Shown here: in pieces, positions 15,313 through 20,408 of the stretch | Layout of the letters: each line of letters starts with the position of its first letter | Numbering within the stretch: position 1 is the first letter of the stretch | Virus record (IMG/VR): IMGVR_UViG_2737471845_000026 | Span: 1-20,408 of that record | Length of the DNA stretch: 20,408 nucleotides | Strand: one strand, 5' to 3' | Origin: a virus | Lineage: Duplodnaviria > Heunggongvirae > Uroviricota > Caudoviricetes | Notes under the pieces: generated by a model | Told to the model about the DNA's origin: nothing | What the model saw: the letters and a program-made list of their open reading frames with translations, nothing else | The model's database searches: none | Translations under genes and position numbers: made by a program

Positions 15313-15478
15313 ATGCGTAAAGCGCAGCCACATTCAGATTATGGTGGGGCGTATGGGGCCGTTTTCGGGCGGGCCGGATTCTCTAGTGACCGGTAGTGCA
15401 AACCCTGTACGTCTCACCACCCATGAGATTTGCACCTACGGTGGTGAGTTTACCAACTTATCACTAGAGGCTGCCATC

Positions 15479-16033
15479 ATGGCTACTATCCCTACCCTGT
15501 CTCACCCTGACGTAACCATCGAAAACGGTCGCGCTATCACTACGTCTGTTGCGATCGCAGAGTTCTTTGGCAAACGACACGACAACGTGTTACGTGCCAT
15601 CGCAAACATTGAATGCTCAGAAAAATTTAACGCCCTCAATTTTGAGGACGTAACGTACACCGACGCCAAAGGCGAAAAACGTCCAATGTACCAAATCACC
15701 AAAAACGGCTTCGTTTTCCTGGTGATGGGCTTCACTGGCAAAAAAGCCGCTGCATTCAAAGAGGCCTACATTGCTGAGTTCGACCGCATGGAGGCAGAGC
15801 TGCGTCAGAATAACACCCCACCAACTGACAAAATAATTCCTGGCGATGGTCGCACTCTGGTTGTTCGCTTCGACGAACACGGCAATATCAAATTCACCGA
15901 AACCGTTCCTGATGGTGCAATGGTCTGTACTCTGGATACCTTCCAGTTTTATCTGGAGAAACAGGGATGGACACTTGTAAACCGGAGCGCAATTAGAAAC
16001 ATGACTGTCGAACAATTGCTGCGTATTAAATAG
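15479..16033 (+). CDS. rha: Phage regulatory protein Rha (Rha domain), 184 aa from ATG 15479
   Basis: Rha-domain signature VTIENGRAITTSVAIAEFFGKRHDNVLRAIANIE...ITKNGFVFLVMGFTGKKAAAFKEAYIAEFDRME; SD AGAGG 8 nt before ATG 15479. The in-frame upstream extension to 15185 is judged non-coding. Confidence 0.75.
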   Translation: MATIPTLSHPDVTIENGRAITTSVAIAEFFGKRHDNVLRAIANIECSEKFNALNFEDVTYTDAKGEKRPMYQITKNGFVFLVMGFTGKKAAAFKEAYIAEFDRMEAELRQNNTPPTDKIIPGDGRTLVVRFDEHGNIKFTETVPDGAMVCTLDTFQFYLEKQGWTLVNRSAIRNMTVEQLLRIK

Positions 16034-16078
16034 TTTTCTGGAATTTACTTCATATGACTAATTATTATGGAGATAATT

Positions 16079-16300
16079 ATGATTGCTCATCACTTCGGAA
16101 CTGATGAAATACCACGTCAGTGTGTGACTCCAGGCGATTATGTTCTTCATGAGGGCAGGACATATATTGCATCGGCAAACAATATTAAAAAGCGAAAACT
16201 TTATATTCGTAGCCTGACCACAAAAACATGCATAACTGGCTGCATGGTTAAAGTTTTCCTCGGTCGTGATGGATTACCTGTAAAGGCGGAGTCATGGTGA
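16079..16300 (+). CDS. Hypothetical protein, 73 aa
   Basis: ATG 16079 preceded by GGAG (7 nt); AT-rich; no motif recognised. Confidence 0.4.
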   Translation: MIAHHFGTDEIPRQCVTPGDYVLHEGRTYIASANNIKKRKLYIRSLTTKTCITGCMVKVFLGRDGLPVKAESW

Positions 16301-16413
16301 TAGACAGGAAAATAAAATGCGCTTACCTCCTTTGCAATAAAGGATTTGAAGAAAGCAAAAGTATTAAAAACCACTTCATTTCATGCGTGGCGTTATCCAA
16401 ACAACGGAAATGA
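16294..16413 (+). CDS. Candidate tiny Cys/His-motif protein, 39 aa, overlapping the stop of the upstream ORF
   Basis: ATG 16294 within ATGGTGA; translation [39 protein letters not shown] has C-x4-C-x12-H-x3-C spacing. Very speculative. Confidence 0.2.
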   Translation: MVIDRKIKCAYLLCNKGFEESKSIKNHFISCVALSKQRK

Positions 16414-16551
16414 AAAAAAATATTGTAGTGAAATCTGTGCCGAAAAAGACCAGATGGCACATGAACTTTAATTAACTGACTGAACGAAACTGAATTTATG
16501 CCTGCAATGGCAGGGATTCGCTCAGCCTTAAAATAGTTATGAGGTTTATCA

Positions 16552-18987
16552 ATGAGTATTGATAAAGAAGAATTTGCACTATATTGCGAAGCAAAAAATG
16601 ACAAAGTCAGAAAACGCCTGGGAATTAAAGGCGGTTTTTACTGGACTACAGCAAAAAAATTATCTGTTGCAATCTCCCGCTGCATTACCGCAATGGATGA
16701 CAACGATTATGATGAAGACGACTTTAAAAAACCGGTCCGAGTCCATTTACCCGTTGTGAATGACCTTCCACCGGAAGGCGTGTTTGATACGGAATTCTGC
16801 AACCGATACGAAAAAGGCGGGGAAGATGGCATCACAATGGTATTTATCGCCCCATCTCCCTCTGCGCAGGACAACCAGGTCAGCACTGACAATACCAATG
16901 TTAATGGCGAAGACATGACGGAGATTGAGGAGAATATGCTACTCCCGATTTCCGGTCAGGAACTGCCCATTCGCTGGCTTGCTCAACACGGCAGCGAAAA
17001 ACCGGTAACGCACGTTTCACGCGACGAACTCCAGGCATTACACATTGCACGGGCTGAAGAACTACCAGCTGTTACTGCCCTGGCTGTTTCCCACAAAACC
17101 AGCCTGCTCGACCCGCTGGAAATTCGCGATCTCTACAAACTGGTTCGTGACACTGACAACGTTTTCCCTAATCCTGGTAATTCAGACCTGGGACTGATGA
17201 CTGCTTTTTTCGAAGCATACCTGGGCGCTGACTACACTGATCGCGGTCTGCTTACAAAAGAGTGGATGAAGGGGAATCGTGTTTCACGTATCACCCGCAC
17301 GGCTTCCGGTGCAAATGCCGGTGGCGGGAACAAAACCGATCGCAATCCGAATTTAGTACACACCTTCGATACGCTGGATGTGGAGATTGCAGCAGCCACA
17401 CTTCCGATGGATTTTAATATTTATGAAATTCCGGGCAGCGTTTATCGTCGCGCAAAAGAAATCGTCCTGAAAAGAGAAAGTCCGTTCAAAGAATGGTCCG
17501 CAGCACTTCGCGCAACCCCGGGTATTCTGGATTATTCCCGCGCCGCTATTTTTGCACTTATCCGGAGCGCATACCCTGAGTTTTATCATTACCCGGGACG
17601 CCTTCAGAGGTATATCAATGCCTATTTAACGGAGACTGATCACGAGAACCCTACCGAGGAAACTCTCACTGCTGCACGACATACACCGGAAAAAGATATC
17701 CTGGAAGAAGTTAACCGCGAACTGGCCGCTGAACGCGAAACAGAAGAAGAAAAAAATAATGAGGAAAAATCACAACCGTCTGACGCAATGGCAGATGAAC
17801 AGGCAACGACTGAAGCAATGGGACAGGATACAACTGAATATCGCCAGGACACTCAATCGCTGGATACTCAGGCACAGATAAATCCGGTTAATCAGGTAAA
17901 AGTTACCGCTGACGAAGTAAACAAAATTATGCAGGCAGCCAATATCAACCAGCCTGATGCCGACAAAATACTGGCAGTCCATCGCGGTGAATTCGTTGAC
18001 GGAATTAGCGACCCGAATGATCCGAAATGGGTTAAGGGGATTGAAACCCGCGATTCTGTGAACCAGAACCTGCCAGAATCGGAACAAAACAGCCAAAATG
18101 CGTTACAAAACGAGCCAGAAACGAAACAGCCTGAACCAGAAGAGCAACAAGAACCGGAAAAAGTCTGCACCGCCTGCGGTCAGACCGGTGGCGGCAACTG
18201 TCCTGACTGTGGCGCGGTGATGGGCGACGCAACATACAAGGAAACATTCGATGAAGAGAATCAGGTTGAAGTTCAGGAAAATGATCCGGAGGAAATGGAA
18301 GGCGCTGAACATCCACACAAGGAGAATGCTGGCAGCGCTCAGGACCACGCCAGCGATGATGAAACTGGCGAGGCGGCAGATCACTCAATTAAGGTGAACG
18401 GTCATCACGAAATCACATCCACCAGCAGGACGTGTGACCATCTAATGATCGACCTCGAAACCATGGGAAAAAACCCTGATGCCCCGATTATCTCAATAGG
18501 TGCAATATTTTTCGATCCGCAAACCGGAGATATGGGACCGGAATTTAGTAAGACTATCGATCTGGAAACTGCTGGCGGAGTCATTGATCGGGACACCATT
18601 AAATGGTGGCTGAAGCAATCACGCGAAGCTCAATCTGCCATTATGACCGATGAAATCCCGTTAGATGATGCACTGTTACAATTGCGAGAATTTATCGACG
18701 AAAACTCCGGTGAATTTTTTGTTCAGGTCTGGGGAAATGGAGCCAACTTCGACAACACGATTTTGCGCCGTTCATACGAACGGCAGGGGATCCCCTGCCC
18801 GTGGCGTTACTACAACGATCGCGATGTACGCACAATCGTTGAGCTGGGGAAAGCCATAGACTTCGATGCCAGAACGGCTATTCCATTCGAAGGTGAGCGC
18901 CATAATGCACTTGATGACGCTCGTTACCAGGCAAAATACGTTTCAGCTATCTGGCAAAAACTGATCCCGAGTCAGGCTGATTTTTAA
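16552..18987 (+). CDS. RecE-like (exodeoxyribonuclease VIII-like) protein with a C-terminal DnaQ-like DEDDh 3'-5' exonuclease domain, 811 aa
   Basis: Residues about 110-600 resemble the non-catalytic N-terminal region of Rac RecE as I recall it ([45 protein letters not shown]; zinc ribbon [16 protein letters not shown]). The last 180 aa carry Exo I (MIDLETMG), Exo II (GNGANFD) and Exo III ([10 protein letters not shown]) motifs. SD GAGG 8 nt before the ATG. Confidence 0.85.
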   Translation: MSIDKEEFALYCEAKNDKVRKRLGIKGGFYWTTAKKLSVAISRCITAMDDNDYDEDDFKKPVRVHLPVVNDLPPEGVFDTEFCNRYEKGGEDGITMVFIAPSPSAQDNQVSTDNTNVNGEDMTEIEENMLLPISGQELPIRWLAQHGSEKPVTHVSRDELQALHIARAEELPAVTALAVSHKTSLLDPLEIRDLYKLVRDTDNVFPNPGNSDLGLMTAFFEAYLGADYTDRGLLTKEWMKGNRVSRITRTASGANAGGGNKTDRNPNLVHTFDTLDVEIAAATLPMDFNIYEIPGSVYRRAKEIVLKRESPFKEWSAALRATPGILDYSRAAIFALIRSAYPEFYHYPGRLQRYINAYLTETDHENPTEETLTAARHTPEKDILEEVNRELAAERETEEEKNNEEKSQPSDAMADEQATTEAMGQDTTEYRQDTQSLDTQAQINPVNQVKVTADEVNKIMQAANINQPDADKILAVHRGEFVDGISDPNDPKWVKGIETRDSVNQNLPESEQNSQNALQNEPETKQPEPEEQQEPEKVCTACGQTGGGNCPDCGAVMGDATYKETFDEENQVEVQENDPEEMEGAEHPHKENAGSAQDHASDDETGEAADHSIKVNGHHEITSTSRTCDHLMIDLETMGKNPDAPIISIGAIFFDPQTGDMGPEFSKTIDLETAGGVIDRDTIKWWLKQSREAQSAIMTDEIPLDDALLQLREFIDENSGEFFVQVWGNGANFDNTILRRSYERQGIPCPWRYYNDRDVRTIVELGKAIDFDARTAIPFEGERHNALDDARYQAKYVSAIWQKLIPSQADF

Positions 18988-19051
18988 TGTTCAACCCCGG
19001 TCGTCGCCCACCAGCTATAGTGGTGGCGACCATGATTAGCGAACGACGCTC

Positions 19052-19300
19052 ATGGCAAGACTTATTCTGCTCACTGAGTGGGCAAAAGAGGAATTCAGCG
19101 ATCCGGTCCCGACTCCGGGCACGTTAAGTAAATACGCTAAAGCCGGAATGATATTTCCTCTCCCCAAAAAAGTTGGAAGACACTGGCGAGTGGATCCACG
19201 AGCTCGCTTTGTCGGAATGGTAAACAAGCCGGAGGTGATCGCCACAGATCACCCTGCTTTGAAGAGGATACTGGAAGATGGCGCGCCCGCGAAAATATAA
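19052..19300 (+). CDS. xis: Excisionase, lambda Xis-like (82 aa)
   Basis: LILLTEWAKEEF...MIFPLPKKVGRHWRVDPRARFVG parallels lambda Xis (LTLQEWNARQ...IFPPPVKDGREYLFHESA); overlaps the int start by 23 nt as in lambda. Confidence 0.7.
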   Translation: MARLILLTEWAKEEFSDPVPTPGTLSKYAKAGMIFPLPKKVGRHWRVDPRARFVGMVNKPEVIATDHPALKRILEDGAPAKI

Positions 19301-20408
19301 AACCGAAGTTCCGGGACTATCTCCGTATTTTGACAAAAGAAATAACAAAGTTTACTGGCGTTACAGGCATCCCATAACAGGCAAAAATCACGGTCTCGGC
19401 AGTATTGACCAGAAACTGGCAGAAACTATTGCAGCAGAAGCGAACAGCCGTCTTGCCAGGCAGCAAATGGAACAAATGCTCAGTCTGCAGGAGAAAATTA
19501 TTAATGATACCGGCGGTTCATCAACCGTTTCCATTTTTCTGAATAATTACAGAAAAATTCAACAGGAAAGATATGAAAACGGAGAGATCAAACTCAACAC
19601 GCTGAAACAAAAAGCGGCCCCTCTCAGGGTATTTGATGAACGTTTTGGCACCAGACCGTTAGATGCCATAACCGTAAAAGATGTGGTATCGGTGCTGGAA
19701 GAGTACAAGGCCAGAGGACATAACAGAATGGGACAAATTTTCAGGAAGGTACTGATCGATGTTTTCCGGGAAGCTCAGCAAACGGGCGATGTCCCGCCAG
19801 GCTTTAACCCTGCAGAATCGGCAAAAAAACCGCAGGTGCGGATATCAAGACAGCGACTGACTTTTGATGAGTGGATGATGATTTATAACGCAGCGGAAAA
19901 GGATGGTTATTTTTTACAGCGCGGCATGCTGCTGGCACTGGTGACAGGCCAGCGCCTTTCAGATATTTGCAAAATGCAGTTTTCGGATATCCGGAATGGT
20001 TATCTTCATGTCGAACAGCAAAAAACAGGAACCCGGATTGCCATCCCTCTGGCTCTGCGTTGCGATAAATTAAATCTCACCCTGGATGATGTGGTGTCAT
20101 CCTGTCGCGATAGCGTTCTTAGTCCGTGGCTATTGCACCATCATCACGCGAAAGGGACAGCTAAGCGCGGCGGGATGGTTAAGCCAGCAACGTTAACCGT
20201 TGCATTTAAAAAAGCCCGGGATTCTGTGGATTACAACTGGCGTGCTAATGGCACCCCACCCTCTTTCCATGAGCAGAGATCTTTATCAGAAAGATTGTTC
20301 AGAGAACAGGGAATTGATACCAAAATTTTGCTGGGCCATTCGAATCAAAAAATGACCGATATTTACAACGATGCACGTGGTAAGGAGTGGAAAAAACTGG
20401 TCATTTGA
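19278..20408 (+). CDS. int: Tyrosine integrase, lambda Int family (376 aa)
   Basis: N-terminal arm-binding-like region and a C-terminal catalytic region resembling lambda Int (LTFDEWMMIYNAAE, TGQRLSDICKMQFSDI, HEQRSLSERLF, LLGHSNQKMTDIYNDARGKEW). Stop TGA is the last three bases of the window. Confidence 0.9.
   Translation: MARPRKYKTEVPGLSPYFDKRNNKVYWRYRHPITGKNHGLGSIDQKLAETIAAEANSRLARQQMEQMLSLQEKIINDTGGSSTVSIFLNNYRKIQQERYENGEIKLNTLKQKAAPLRVFDERFGTRPLDAITVKDVVSVLEEYKARGHNRMGQIFRKVLIDVFREAQQTGDVPPGFNPAESAKKPQVRISRQRLTFDEWMMIYNAAEKDGYFLQRGMLLALVTGQRLSDICKMQFSDIRNGYLHVEQQKTGTRIAIPLALRCDKLNLTLDDVVSSCRDSVLSPWLLHHHHAKGTAKRGGMVKPATLTVAFKKARDSVDYNWRANGTPPSFHEQRSLSERLFREQGIDTKILLGHSNQKMTDIYNDARGKEWKKLVI

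Larger units (their letters stand above)
1..20408. mobile_element. Lambdoid prophage segment (late-operon morons through nin/Q, replication, immunity, early-left genes, xis-int); right end at or just beyond the window end
   Basis: Gene order and content: int, xis, recE-like, rha, repressor, cro-like, O-like, DnaC-like, rusA, Q-like, hok, terminator-bounded morons. The int stop codon is the last three bases of the window. Confidence 0.9.

Noticed and set aside
15185-15478. In-frame 98-codon N-terminal extension of the rha ORF (282-aa version) with an SD-like AAAGGTGAG before ATG 15185
   Set aside because: The region contains an intrinsic-terminator-like hairpin with U-tract, repeated DNA motifs and odd amino-acid composition, and the Rha domain starts right at ATG 15479 with its own SD. 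The long form remains an untested alternative.
17353-18599. Several minus-strand ORFs of 64-118 aa inside the recE-like gene
   Set aside because: Cys/Ser/Phe-rich repetitive translations typical of antisense shadows of the acidic coding region.
1-20408. tRNA, rRNA, CRISPR arrays, IS elements and an att core
   Set aside because: No T-arm or anticodon-stem signatures, no regularly spaced direct repeats and no transposase-like ORFs were seen; the attachment site probably lies just beyond the int stop at the window end.

Overview
The window reads as one contiguous segment of a mosaic lambdoid (Rac/Qin/DLP12-like) prophage of an Escherichia-like enterobacterium, ending at the stop codon of a lambda-family integrase. 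All calls are from reading the sequence and the ORF track by eye; no searches were run. The minus strand carries the rightward operon: a PR-like promoter, Cro/YdaS-like and YdaT-like regulators, an O-like initiator with embedded iteron-like repeats, a DnaC-like loader, a nin-like region (DUF4406, a hok type I toxin, DUF968/YdfU-like, rusA), a Q-like antiterminator with a PR'-like promoter and short terminated transcript, then terminator-bounded morons (71-aa ORF plus DUF2335 protein, orphan amino-methyltransferase, AT-rich AppY-like AraC regulator, TerB-like protein at the edge). The plus strand carries the repressor with its own terminator, an operator-containing PL-like promoter, a 50-aa plus 212-aa accessory pair, a structured leader, rha, a RecE-like protein whose C-terminus is a DEDDh exonuclease, xis and int. 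The best candidate for an undescribed system is the repressor-adjacent 50-aa/212-aa module with its convergent 69-aa gene (13490-14603). The domain-swapped RecE-like exonuclease, the amber-interrupted tandem winged-helix gene and the structured rha leader are next. No tRNA, rRNA or CRISPR array was seen.
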